Shown here: positions 30,640 to 40,330 of the stretch, one piece after another
Numbering within the stretch: position 1 is the first letter of the stretch
Layout of the letters: each line of letters opens with the position of its first letter
Assembly: GCA_052390235.1 (NCBI GenBank)
Contig: JBQTHB010000005.1
Location: forward strand, 384,001-448,000
DNA length: 64,000 bases
Direction: 5' to 3'
DNA from: Deltaproteobacteria bacterium
GTDB taxonomy: Bacteria > Desulfobacterota_D > UBA1144 > Nemesobacterales > CSP1-2
Notes under the pieces: model-generated
What the model saw: the letters and a program-made list of their open reading frames with translations, nothing else
Databases searched by the model: none
What the model was told of the DNA's origin: nothing
Position numbers and translations under genes: made by a program

Positions 30640-31329
30640 ATGAATACTCAGAAATTGAAACTGCTTGAAAAATTAGCCAGACGACGCCTCTCAGCCAACG
30701 CGGGACGGGAGAGCGTTGCGGTTTTTATTCTCGCCGGCGGTAAATCTGAGCGAATGGGCAGGGACAAGCGCTTCATGCTCCACGGCGGCGAGCCGTTCAT
30801 CCATCATATCTATAAAGCGGCGCGTTGCATCTCAAACGAGGTCTATGTTCTCATCTCCTCGCCCGGCGACGAGATATTTATATCCGCCATTTTGGGGGAC
30901 GTACCCTTTATCGTGGACTCTTCGCCCGGCTTTGGCCCTCTTCCGGCCCTTTGCGGGGCGCTTCCCCGGAGTTCAAGGGATTTTGCCCTGCTCCTGTCGG
31001 TTGACTATCCGCTGATGAGCGAGGGATTTCTCCTCAATTTCAAGGAATTGCTTGAGAGCCAGACCCCGAAGCCCGACGTTCTCGCCCCGATGTGGCGCGG
31101 AGAGCCTCAGGTCACCTGCGCTTTCTACAGGCGCACCCTCGCCGGGGGGTTAAAGAGCGCGTTTAACTGGGGCGAGCTTTCCCTGCGGCGCTGGATTGAA
31201 ACCCTGCCTGCAGACGCGGTAAAGAGGGTCGAGGAGCGGACGTGGACGCGGTGGGCGGGGGCAGAGGTCTTCTTCAACGTCAACACGCCCGAAGATTATA
31301 AGAAATTAACCAAAGCGCTCTCGGCATAA
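30640..31329 (+). CDS. mobA: Molybdenum cofactor guanylyltransferase
   Basis: LAGGKSERMGRDK, GPL, VDYP and FFNVNTPED motifs; start uncertain. Confidence 0.85.
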   Translation: MNTQKLKLLEKLARRRLSANAGRESVAVFILAGGKSERMGRDKRFMLHGGEPFIHHIYKAARCISNEVYVLISSPGDEIFISAILGDVPFIVDSSPGFGPLPALCGALPRSSRDFALLLSVDYPLMSEGFLLNFKELLESQTPKPDVLAPMWRGEPQVTCAFYRRTLAGGLKSAFNWGELSLRRWIETLPADAVKRVEERTWTRWAGAEVFFNVNTPEDYKKLTKALSA

Positions 31330-31405
31330 CGGCTCCGGCCCGTTTGGCTGTTTCGCGCCCATTTATCCCTCGGGCAGGCTCGGGCGTATGCTCCGGCAGT
31401 CCCTC

Positions 31406-33013
31406 CTAGGAGCCGCTTAAATCCTGCCACGGTTTTCTAATCTTGATTCCGTATTTAATCACCTTGTAGTCGAGCTGTCGCGGGGTGATTTCGAGGTAAG
31501 TTGCCGCGTGGGATTTCACCCAGCCGCATTTGTGAAGCGCCGAGATGATGCGCTCTTTTTCGAGTTCCTCGACGGTTTTTATGAGCGATGAGGGATTTTT
31601 GCGCGCGGGCGCTTCTCCTTCGCCCCACTCCGCCGGTTCTCCGTGAGGGGGACTGCTGTGCGTCTTATTTTGGGTTCTTATCTCGAGTGGCATATCCTCG
31701 GTTGAGATGGCGTCTCTATCAGCCATGATGACGAGGCGTTGAATGCAGTTCTCAAGCTGGCGCACGTTTCCGGGCCAAGAGTATCTCAGCATCAAATCCA
31801 TGACCTCGGCGGATATTCTCACACTTTTTTGGTTCTCGCCGTTGAATTTGTGCAGGAAATGCTCGGCGAGCATGGGTATGTCGTCCTTTCGTTCTCTGAG
31901 GGGGGGCAGAAATATCGGGATGACGTTTAACCTGTAGTATAGATCCTCGCGGAAATCCCCCTCGGCGATGGCTCTTTCGATGTCCTTGTTGGTGGCGGCG
32001 ATGATGCGCACGTCCGATGAAACGGTCTTTGAACTGCCTACGCGCTCAAATTTCTTCTCTTGAAGCACCCGCAGGAGTTTCATCTGAGTCGAGACGGGAA
32101 TATCGCCCATTTCATCGAGGAAAATTGTTCCCCCGTCGGCAAGCTCGAATCTCCCCTTGCGCTCGTAGGACGCCCCTGTGAAAGAGCCTTTCTCGTGTCC
32201 GAAAAGCTCGGATTCAAGCAGTGTGTCGGGCAGGGCGGCGCAGTTTAGCTTCACGAATGGCCCGCTGGCTCTGGGGCTATTGTAATGCACGGCGCGCGCT
32301 ATGAGTTCCTTGCCCGTGCCGCTTTCGCCTCTGATGAAAACCGTGGCGGCTGTGGCGGCTACGCGGTGGACGGTCTCGGATATTTCTTTCATCTTATCGC
32401 TTTGGCCGACTACGTTATCGAGGCTATATTTTATTTGAAGCTCCCGCTCAAGCCGGTTTTTCTCTTCGAGGAGTTTTTCGCGCTCCCTGTCCACTCTATT
32501 GGCGAGTTCTATGGTCTGCGAAATGAGAGATGCGACCATGGTCAGCACTCTGAGTCCCTCTTCCATCGTGAACGAGACCTCTTCCCTAAAAAACGATACT
32601 CCCAAAACCCCCGTAATTTTGTCGCGCATCTTTATGGGAACGTAAATACAGGAGATTGTCCGCCTCGGCTTTGGCTCAAGCCTCACATAATTGCCGAGTT
32701 CGGGCTCTTCCCGAATGTCCGGTATGACCATCGGCGAGCCTGATTTAAACACCTTGCCGGCTATCCCCTCGCCCACTCTGTAGGTGTGGAGGCGTTTTTC
32801 TTCTTCCTTCATTCCGAGTGCGATGAACGTGGAAAGCTCCCTTGTCTGCGGGTTGTAGAGGGCAACCGTGCCGTGCTTCATCTCGATAAATTTATCGAGG
32901 ATGTTCATGACGGCGTCGAGCGATTGCCTGAGGTCGAGCGTGGAGGTTAGTACCTTGCCCACTTCATAAATAGTGGTCAGCTCCAGCACCTTGGCGCTGA
33001 ATTCGGTTTTCAT
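31406..33013 (-). CDS. NifA-like sigma54 enhancer-binding protein (GAF-AAA+-HTH)
   Basis: N-terminal GAF ([11 protein letters not shown]), [23 protein letters not shown], and a NifA-like HTH ([18 protein letters not shown]). Confidence 0.88.
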   Translation of the reverse strand: MKTEFSAKVLELTTIYEVGKVLTSTLDLRQSLDAVMNILDKFIEMKHGTVALYNPQTRELSTFIALGMKEEEKRLHTYRVGEGIAGKVFKSGSPMVIPDIREEPELGNYVRLEPKPRRTISCIYVPIKMRDKITGVLGVSFFREEVSFTMEEGLRVLTMVASLISQTIELANRVDREREKLLEEKNRLERELQIKYSLDNVVGQSDKMKEISETVHRVAATAATVFIRGESGTGKELIARAVHYNSPRASGPFVKLNCAALPDTLLESELFGHEKGSFTGASYERKGRFELADGGTIFLDEMGDIPVSTQMKLLRVLQEKKFERVGSSKTVSSDVRIIAATNKDIERAIAEGDFREDLYYRLNVIPIFLPPLRERKDDIPMLAEHFLHKFNGENQKSVRISAEVMDLMLRYSWPGNVRQLENCIQRLVIMADRDAISTEDMPLEIRTQNKTHSSPPHGEPAEWGEGEAPARKNPSSLIKTVEELEKERIISALHKCGWVKSHAATYLEITPRQLDYKVIKYGIKIRKPWQDLSGS

Positions 33014-33069
33014 GTTGGCGGGCGCAAAGATAGTGTATTCTCCTAGAGAGACAATAATGTTGTAGCTGT

Positions 33070-33085
33070 TGCAACTAATATGCCA
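33070..33085 (-). promoter_or_regulatory. sigma54 promoter of the NifA-like gene, overlapped by an enhancer-like box
   Basis: Minus strand reads TGGCATATTAGTTGCA. ACAATAATGT (33051-33060) and TGT-N10-GCA (33058-33073) overlap the TSS and -12 element. Confidence 0.75.
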
Positions 33086-33201
33086 CAGTATAACTAGCGG
33101 GGATTATTAGATATTTTGTTTCTTGGCAGGGACTTCTGCCTAAGGTTTAAGCATCCAAGTCGCATCCAGAGGCATATCGGCTAGGGTTTAGTTCTCAGAT
33201 T

Positions 33202-33969
33202 CTATAGCACAATCTCCATCCCGTCCTTGAGCGCGGTGAGCGGCAGGGTTCTGGACAGTTTGCGAAGCTCCCCAAGCACCTCTTTTCTGTAGAACGGTTT
33301 TATGTGCGTTGCGAATATTTCCACGTCTGGGCGCTCTAGCTTTTCAAACTCCCTTGCAAGCAGACTCGGCGTCAGGTGCCGGGTCAGCTTTGCCAAGTCC
33401 TCAAGCCGGTTCGGAAACGACGATTCCATTATTACGGCTTTTAGCCTCTTCTCGCCCCGAATTCGCTCCCAGAAAATGTCCGTGAGGTAGCTATCAGCGG
33501 CGAAGGCGAAAGCCGCTCTTCCATCGTCTATGAGATAGCCGACCGCAGGCACGGTGTGATTAACCGGTATTGCCGTAACCGAATATCCTCCTATCTCCAG
33601 CCGCTCAAAGGGGCGGATGATTCTATAGGAGAGGGTCTTGTCGGTCTCGTTGGGGATTTCCGAGAAATCGGGCCAGAGCTTTCCATTGAGCAGGTGGTCT
33701 GAGATGTACTCGACACTGTCCCGGATACCGTGGAGAACTACGGGGTCTTTCCTTATAAAGAAGTTAAGCTCGGTGAGAAACGGCAGATTTGCGATGTGGT
33801 CAATGTGAGGGTGAGTGATGAGGATGTTGTCAATTTTCCCGCACTCTATCGGGGTTAGAACGTCCGTAGCCGCCCCGCAGTCGAGTAGCAACTTTCCGTC
33901 AACTAGAAACGAGGTGGTTCTCGAATTCTTAGCCTGACTGCCGCCGCATCCGAGAATGGATATCAGCAT
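33202..33969 (-). CDS. Metallo-beta-lactamase-fold (class II) cyclic-nucleotide phosphodiesterase
   Basis: LGCGGS..TTSFL..DCG, THPHIDH, VNHTVP, ESSFPN, HLTP and THIKP motifs. Confidence 0.8.
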   Translation of the reverse strand: MLISILGCGGSQAKNSRTTSFLVDGKLLLDCGAATDVLTPIECGKIDNILITHPHIDHIANLPFLTELNFFIRKDPVVLHGIRDSVEYISDHLLNGKLWPDFSEIPNETDKTLSYRIIRPFERLEIGGYSVTAIPVNHTVPAVGYLIDDGRAAFAFAADSYLTDIFWERIRGEKRLKAVIMESSFPNRLEDLAKLTRHLTPSLLAREFEKLERPDVEIFATHIKPFYRKEVLGELRKLSRTLPLTALKDGMEIVL

Positions 33970-34343
33970 ATAGTTGCCCTCGCCGCTCGTTGGGAAGTTT
34001 TGCAGGATATCAAAAGGAGGGGATTGCCGCACGGCGCGCCGGGGGCGACACTTGAAATCCTAGGGTGTAAGTCAACAGAGCCGCTCCTGGGGTTCGTATT
34101 TCTCATGATGGGGTCTAAATCCGGCAAAGAGGGGAATCGAATGAGAGACTGCTCGCTCCGCAGGGTCATGTGCTTGCCTAGGCGAAAACACTGTTGGATT
34201 TATTCGAGATGATTATCATAACGCAACTTTATTTTCAATCATTATATACTTTTTGACAAAAAAAATACATCGCTCCGTTGGCAAGGGGAAATTCTCTCGC
34301 GCTAGAGATTCCCCGCTTCAGGGCATTTGGCATCGCGGCTCGA

Positions 34344-35366
34344 TTATTCCCTAAATAGCCCGCTTTGCCCGAACGGGGATTTGAGTTTAAGGTGCAGATA
34401 CGCAGCGGGAGTCGCCGTGCGCCCGCGCGGGGTCTTGGCAAGAAGCCCCTGCCTGATGAGAAACGGCTCATAGACGTCTTCGATGGTGTCCTTGTCCTCA
34501 GAGATAGCGGCGGCGATGGTCTCAATCCCCACGGGGCCCCCTCGGAACTTCTCGATGATGGCAAGCAAAATCGCCCTGTCGGTGTCGTCGAGTCCTAGCG
34601 AGTCCACCTCGAGCATCCCAAGCGCTTCCCTTGACACCTCAAGCGTGATAGCGCCGTCCGCTTTGACCTCGGCAAAATCTCTCACACGCCGAAGCAGGCG
34701 GTTGGCTATTCTGGGAGTGCCGCGCGCGCGCTTTGAGATTTCCCCCGCTCCGTCCTCGGAAATCCCAACGCCCAGAATCCTCGCCGAGCGCCTGATGATT
34801 CCGGCAAGCTCCTCAGGGGTGTAGTAGTCGAGCCGCAGGTCAACGCCGAATCGCGAGCGCAGCGGGGAGGTTATAAGCCCCGTCCGCGTCGTGGCGCCGA
34901 TGAGGGTGAATTTCTGTATCCCAATTTTCATAGATTTCGCCGAGGGACCCTCGCCTATCATGAGGTCAATTTTGTAGTCCTCCATAGCCGAGTAGAGATA
35001 TTCCTCTACAATGCGGCTCAGGCGGTGAATTTCATCAATAAAAAGCACGTCCCGTTCGCCGAGGTTCGTGAGGATAGAGGCGAGGTCTGCTATCCGTTCT
35101 ATGACGGGTCCAGAGGTGGAGTAGATTTTGACCCCCAGCTCGTTTGCGACTATGTTGGCGAGGGTGGTTTTGCCAAGTCCCGGTGGGCCATAGAGCAGGG
35201 CGTGGTCGAGGGCTTCGCGCCTACGCCGGGCGGCTTCGATAAATATGCCGATTTTCTCTTTCACCCTCTCCTGCCCAAGGTAGTCCCGAAGCCTTTCCGG
35301 GCGCAGCGAGGATTCAATGCGGCTCTCCTCTTCTTCTCTCTCTGGGGCGACGACTCTACTGTCCAT
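34344..35366 (-). CDS. ruvB: Holliday junction helicase RuvB
   Basis: [27 protein letters not shown] and YEPFL motifs. Confidence 0.97.
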   Translation of the reverse strand: MDSRVVAPEREEEESRIESSLRPERLRDYLGQERVKEKIGIFIEAARRRREALDHALLYGPPGLGKTTLANIVANELGVKIYSTSGPVIERIADLASILTNLGERDVLFIDEIHRLSRIVEEYLYSAMEDYKIDLMIGEGPSAKSMKIGIQKFTLIGATTRTGLITSPLRSRFGVDLRLDYYTPEELAGIIRRSARILGVGISEDGAGEISKRARGTPRIANRLLRRVRDFAEVKADGAITLEVSREALGMLEVDSLGLDDTDRAILLAIIEKFRGGPVGIETIAAAISEDKDTIEDVYEPFLIRQGLLAKTPRGRTATPAAYLHLKLKSPFGQSGLFRE

Positions 35367-35580
35367 GGCGCATATAAAATACCATTTCGAGAGTAGGAAT
35401 TCATTTGTTTCGGATGATTTCTGAACTAAAGAGATAATGCGCGCTTCATTATTGCCATTTCGAGTCCTGATACCGTCCCCCGCGTGTCGCGAGAAATCCT
35501 AGCCTCCGCTCTTGACGAACTGGGATTTCTAGGACAGATTCTAGGGGCGTTTCATCTACGTCTGGAGGGGGGATGAAGAG

Positions 35581-36093
35581 ATGAGATATTTCTATCCTGC
35601 GCTGGGGTTCGTCTGTGCCGCCGCGCTGATTTGCTCATGCGCCGCGCTGAGCCAAAGGCACGAGCCTGAGGCTAAAAAAGCCCATTCTCTGCGCCCCCCT
35701 TTCCCGCTTTATTCCTTCGAGCAGGCGATACTCATAGACAACATCACCGCCGAAAAGGTCAAACTCGTCCCCTCGCATATTAAATATCCATACATCAGTA
35801 TTGCCCCGAAACAGCCGCTAATGATTCAATTCACCGTCGAGGCGAGGAAGTTTTTCGACCCCGACGGCGGAATTGCCGAATATGCCAAGGTATCCGGCAG
35901 TCCCTATGTTTCGATGCGCGGCACGGAGGCTTTCGTCAGATTCCAAACCGCAGGCGGCGAGACGAGAGACTACACGGTCGCCCTCGGCAACTGCTGGTTT
36001 GATGAAAGCGCCGCGCATTCCTCTGTGCATCTGCTTAAAGTGGGCATGGAAAATCCAGACGCGAAAACCCCTCATCTAAATCTCTGCGAGTAA
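35581..36093 (+). CDS. Hypothetical exported protein, probable lipoprotein
   Basis: Hydrophobic N-terminus with an ICSC lipobox-like motif; GGAGG RBS. Confidence 0.6.
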   Translation: MRYFYPALGFVCAAALICSCAALSQRHEPEAKKAHSLRPPFPLYSFEQAILIDNITAEKVKLVPSHIKYPYISIAPKQPLMIQFTVEARKFFDPDGGIAEYAKVSGSPYVSMRGTEAFVRFQTAGGETRDYTVALGNCWFDESAAHSSVHLLKVGMENPDAKTPHLNLCE

Positions 36094-36135
36094 GGGCAGA
36101 CGCGCTTTGGGATTTCCTCTGATGCTCCCCCCCCG

Positions 36136-36165
36136 TTGACTCGAATCCCCGCCGTTTGATATAAT
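36136..36165 (+). promoter_or_regulatory. sigma70 promoter of the caspase operon
   Basis: TTGACT-N18-TATAAT with extended TG. Confidence 0.7.
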
Positions 36166-36199
36166 GCTAAGACACCATTAATTACGGGAGGTGTTACCC

Positions 36200-36787
36200 A
36201 TGCCGTGCCGCTTGATTTTATCCAACCCCGAAGGTGAAACCGGAGTCAAAGCCGTAGGGGATAACGTTTTCCTAGGCGACCTTCCCTCCGATAGCGAGGT
36301 TTATTTATTCTACTACCCCGGCTCAATGCCAAATGCCGAAATCGAAGACGGGCTTAAAAATTTGGGAGAGATAACCGGAAACAACCTCTTCGTTAACATC
36401 GGCAGGCTCAACGACCCCGATTACGCCAAAATCGCCGCCACCTTTGAGATAAAAAAATTCCCCGTAATTGTTATGACGGCCCATCGGGGGTTAGCGTCGC
36501 CGCCGTCCGAGGCAGTAACGGCGTATGTGAGGATTGACGACAAGCGGCTCATGACCTCCTCTGCCGACCTAATGGAGTGCGTGCAGACCCTATTTAACCT
36601 CTTCATCATGAATCAAATCGCCTCCGCCATGGAGGAATATCAAAGCGCAAAGCGAGATAAGCTCATCTCGGATATAAAAAATATCGCCGCCAGAGCCTTG
36701 AGCGCGCTGGGCGGCTATTTAGCGAAACTGGAGCTGAGCGTTTCGCTTCTCGATGGAAAATTCGAGCTGAAGCAGAGCGGAGATTAA
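36200..36787 (+). CDS. Hypothetical protein, possible redox-inactive thioredoxin-like fold plus helical C-terminus
   Basis: GGAGGT RBS before ATG 36200. The VYLFYY strand and IAATFEIKKFPVIV resemble the thioredoxin cis-Pro region; no CxxC. Confidence 0.65.
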   Translation: MPCRLILSNPEGETGVKAVGDNVFLGDLPSDSEVYLFYYPGSMPNAEIEDGLKNLGEITGNNLFVNIGRLNDPDYAKIAATFEIKKFPVIVMTAHRGLASPPSEAVTAYVRIDDKRLMTSSADLMECVQTLFNLFIMNQIASAMEEYQSAKRDKLISDIKNIAARALSALGGYLAKLELSVSLLDGKFELKQSGD

Positions 36788-36790
36788 CTC

Positions 36791-38026
36791 ATGCCTGAGC
36801 CTAGGCGCAGGGCTATGATTATCGGAATAAACGATTACACGGATAATAGTATTCCCGCGCTCAAAGGGTGCGAGGGCGACTGCGCCGAGATTCACGACAA
36901 ATTAACCGAGAGTGGATATGAAATTTTGCCCAAGCACTACCTGCGCGGCACGGAGGCTACGTCCGGGGCGATTCGAGAGGCTGTGAGCGACCTATTTTGG
37001 GAGGCTGACCCCTGCGACGTTGTGCTTTTCTATTTTTCAGGGCATGGGATTGTTGACGGCTACGGCAGGGGCTACCTTGCGCCGCGCGATATGAAAATGG
37101 ACAAACCCTTTGTCAACGGGATACCGATGCGAGAGATTCGAGACATCGTCATTGGCTCGCCGGGCAAATCCACTGTGCTTATGATTCTCGACTGCTGCCA
37201 CAGCGGTATTGCGATTAAAGACGCTAAAGGCGGGGACGAAGACGTGGGGCAAGCCTTTGGAGCGCAGTTAAAGAGCCTGTCGGCGGGCAACGGCAGGTGC
37301 ATACTCGCCTCCTCCCGCGCTGAACAGAAATCTAAGGAAAAGGAATTTACCGTTAACGGGCGAACGCGCCATTACGGGGAATTCTCCTATCATCTGATAC
37401 AGGGACTGGGCGGCGAGGCATCGGACGATAGCGGCGTAATAACGCTCGGCAGGCTGAATGAGTATTTGGAGGGCAAATTCTCCGGGGCGGCGCAAAAGCC
37501 TATTGTCGAGTTCTCTGGCAGCGATATAAGCAAAATTCAAATCGCCGTAGCCTCCAGCAAGCACGAGCAATTTATCCTGGAGAAGCTGGAAGAAGCGGAG
37601 CGCTTATTCAATGATAGAGATTTATCCTGCCTGATTTCATGCGTCGAGATTATCTTGAAAATAACGCCGGAGGTTCGCCTTAGTAATAGAGAGGTACTCG
37701 CTTTTATTGCGAAAGTTGATGCCGCTCTCCCGATTCACAAGCAAAATATCGGTGATTGGATAAGCGACAATCAAACAGACGTGAGACCTAGACTTATGCC
37801 GCTCTTTCAAAACGTCATTTTAAAGATAGATAGTCATATAAACTTTGAGGGGATTTCTAAATTGGACAAAACCCACAAAAATATTCTCCTGCTTTTGTTT
37901 AATGTCCAATCTGGGGAATTGTCTGTGCCTCAGTTTATAGAAAAATGCCAGAGGTACAATCAGCCATCCGCCGCCCAGTCTCCGTCGTCTAGTTTAACGA
38001 CTCAAGCCAGGGGGGTGTTATCTTGA
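36791..38026 (+). CDS. Caspase-family (peptidase C14) protein with an unknown C-terminal domain
   Basis: IIGINDY..LKGCEGD, YFSGHG and ILDCCHSG: intact His/Cys dyad. Confidence 0.9.
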   Translation: MPEPRRRAMIIGINDYTDNSIPALKGCEGDCAEIHDKLTESGYEILPKHYLRGTEATSGAIREAVSDLFWEADPCDVVLFYFSGHGIVDGYGRGYLAPRDMKMDKPFVNGIPMREIRDIVIGSPGKSTVLMILDCCHSGIAIKDAKGGDEDVGQAFGAQLKSLSAGNGRCILASSRAEQKSKEKEFTVNGRTRHYGEFSYHLIQGLGGEASDDSGVITLGRLNEYLEGKFSGAAQKPIVEFSGSDISKIQIAVASSKHEQFILEKLEEAERLFNDRDLSCLISCVEIILKITPEVRLSNREVLAFIAKVDAALPIHKQNIGDWISDNQTDVRPRLMPLFQNVILKIDSHINFEGISKLDKTHKNILLLLFNVQSGELSVPQFIEKCQRYNQPSAAQSPSSSLTTQARGVLS

Positions 38027-39150
38027 GTGAAAACGCCGACGCTTACAACGAGCAGGGAAACGCCCTTGTCAATTCTGGCAGGTATGAGGACGCGATTAAA
38101 TTCTACGACAAAGCCATAGAGCTTGACCCCGCCTACGTTTGGGCGCGGCGAAACAAAGGCTTGGCTCTCTCCAAGATGGGAAAGCGCGAGGAAGCTCTGA
38201 AACTCTACGACGAGGCTCTCGATATAGACCCCAATTACACCGACGCGTGGAACGACAAGGGAGTCGCGCTCTACTATCTCTTTCGAGATAAAGAAGCCCT
38301 TGAGTGCTACGACAAAGCCCTAGAGCTAGACCCCAATTATTTTGACGCGAACTATAACAAAGCCCTCGCCCTTTACAACTCGGGCGGATACGAAGAAGCC
38401 CAAAAATCCTTTGAGCGCGCTCTGGAGATTCGTCCCGACGACACTTGGACGCATTCAAGCCTCGCAAACACCCTCGTGAAACTAGGTAAGCTCGACGATG
38501 CCAAATCTCACGCCGCCCGCGCCGTCGCCACTGCCCCGCAAGACCCATACGCGCTGATTGCCGAGGGAAACCTCTATGATGCTCTAGGAAATTACGCCGC
38601 CGCCGAGGAGAGCTACCAACGAGCCGTTGACCTCGACGCTAAAAATATAGACGCTCTACACGCCATCGGACTTCTCTATGCCGAGCATACATTTGAATTC
38701 GACAAATCTCTGGGCATCTGGCGTCGGATATTTGAAATCAACCCCGCGAGCGCCTCGGCAAAGGCTAATTTGGCCGATATTCTCATTCAAACCGCAAACT
38801 CGGAGGAGGGGCGGCGCTACGCATCCGAATTACTCAAGGAAACTCAGAACGCCGAATACCGCATATTCCTCAAGTTTCTCATCGCCGCGTCTCATCTAAT
38901 GGACGGGGATAGAGAAGGGGGCGCGAGGGCGCTTGCCGAATTTTTCGCTGAATATAGGGCAGATGAGAATCTCAAGCTCGGAGAGGGAAAGTGGGTGTTT
39001 AAGAGCTGGTTTAAATCAATTAGTGAGCGAGCCGTCCCGCTGGATGTGCGGTTCTTGCTCCTCTCATTGATTGACCTCATGCAGGGCAGAATTGACTGGC
39101 GGAAACTCTCGTTCTTCTCGGGCGGGAAAGCTGAAAGCAGTTTTTCGTAG
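38023..39150 (+). CDS. Tetratricopeptide repeat protein
   Basis: About 8 TPRs (e.g. AWNDKGVALYYLFRDKEALECYDKALELDPN). Its TTG start overlaps the caspase TGA stop. Confidence 0.88.
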   Translation: MSENADAYNEQGNALVNSGRYEDAIKFYDKAIELDPAYVWARRNKGLALSKMGKREEALKLYDEALDIDPNYTDAWNDKGVALYYLFRDKEALECYDKALELDPNYFDANYNKALALYNSGGYEEAQKSFERALEIRPDDTWTHSSLANTLVKLGKLDDAKSHAARAVATAPQDPYALIAEGNLYDALGNYAAAEESYQRAVDLDAKNIDALHAIGLLYAEHTFEFDKSLGIWRRIFEINPASASAKANLADILIQTANSEEGRRYASELLKETQNAEYRIFLKFLIAASHLMDGDREGGARALAEFFAEYRADENLKLGEGKWVFKSWFKSISERAVPLDVRFLLLSLIDLMQGRIDWRKLSFFSGGKAESSFS

Positions 39151-39196
39151 GCTGTGAAGAGTCTTAAAACTAACCACTGACCACTCGCCACTGCCT

Positions 39197-39796
39197 TCAA
39201 CCCCGGCGCATGATTTTAAGCGACTCCCTCAGTGCCCCCTCGATGCTCCTATCCCCTGCCGCCGCTTCTTCTATCTGGAGAATCCGCTCGTCAATTTCGG
39301 GCTTCGTGTAGCCTAGGTTCAGGAGCGCCGAGATTACGTCCCCCAGAATCCCGTGCTTTGTCTCCGGCGTTCCGTCTCCGCCGCCGCTCAACTGGAGTTT
39401 GGGCATTTTATCCTTCAGTTCCGTAACGAGCCTCGAAGCGAGCTTTGCCCCGATGCCGGGGATTTTTTTCTTTGTAATCTCCCCCGATGAAATCAGCGCG
39501 GCAATCTCCACCGGGGAAACGCTTGAGAGGATATTTCCGGCAACCCTTGCGCCCACGCCGGAGACGCCGATAAGGGCGAGAAATATTTTGCGCTCGTCCT
39601 CTGTGAGGAATCCGTAGAGGTCAATTGCGTCTTCCTTTACCTGAGTGTGGATTTTAAGCTCTGCCTCCGCTCCGGTCTCTGGCAGTCGGTAGTAGGTCGA
39701 AAGGGGAGTCGTAACCCCATAGCCCACGCCGTGGACGTCGAGGACGATTTTTCCGACGGCTTTCTCGGCTATTATCCCTCTAAGAAGGTATATCAT
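39197..39796 (-). CDS. ruvA: Holliday junction DNA-binding protein RuvA
   Basis: DVHGVGY, VKEDAIDLYGF, VSGVG, PGIG and ALLNLGY motifs. Confidence 0.95.
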   Translation of the reverse strand: MIYLLRGIIAEKAVGKIVLDVHGVGYGVTTPLSTYYRLPETGAEAELKIHTQVKEDAIDLYGFLTEDERKIFLALIGVSGVGARVAGNILSSVSPVEIAALISSGEITKKKIPGIGAKLASRLVTELKDKMPKLQLSGGGDGTPETKHGILGDVISALLNLGYTKPEIDERILQIEEAAAGDRSIEGALRESLKIMRRG

Positions 39797-40325
39797 GTTC
39801 CGTCCATCTCCTCCGTCTGCCCCTTGGTTTAGGTGTGTCTAGCCCAATTTTTGCCTTGGTCTCGCTGAGATTTATATGGCAGATGGCGATGGCTACGGCA
39901 TCGGAAACATCCGCCCTTTTCCATTCCGGGATGCCGAGGATTCTGGAGATAATATCCTGCACTTGGAGCTTGCTCGCTCTCCCCCTGCCGGTGAGGGCGA
40001 GTTTCACCTCGGTTGGGGCGTATTCATAGACGGGGATTTCTGAGACAGAGGCGGCTAGAATCGCCACCCCTCTGGCTTCGCCGAGTTTCAGGGCGGATTT
40101 TGCGTTTTTGGCGAAAAACACGCCTTCTATCGAGGCGGCATCGGGGCGGCATCGGGCCATGACCTCTCTTAGCCCTTCGTAAATGGTTTTGAGCCTCGAT
40201 GCAAACGGGGCGGTCTGAGGGGGAGCGATGCACCCGCTCTCGATGTGCCTAAGCTCTCCTCCCTCGATTTCCAGCACTCCGTAGCCGCACACCCTAGAGC
40301 CGGGGTCTATCCCTATAACCCTCAT
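39780..40325 (-). CDS. ruvC: Holliday junction resolvase RuvC
   Basis: GIDPGS, IEGVF, LGEARG and DVSDAVAIAICH motifs. Confidence 0.96.
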   Translation of the reverse strand: MRVIGIDPGSRVCGYGVLEIEGGELRHIESGCIAPPQTAPFASRLKTIYEGLREVMARCRPDAASIEGVFFAKNAKSALKLGEARGVAILAASVSEIPVYEYAPTEVKLALTGRGRASKLQVQDIISRILGIPEWKRADVSDAVAIAICHINLSETKAKIGLDTPKPRGRRRRWTEHDIPS

Positions 40326-40330
40326 CGGAG

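Noticed and set aside
31406..33013. Calling the activator nifA / inferring nitrogen fixation
   Set aside because: No nif structural genes in the window; context points to nitrate assimilation, so the symbol is withheld.
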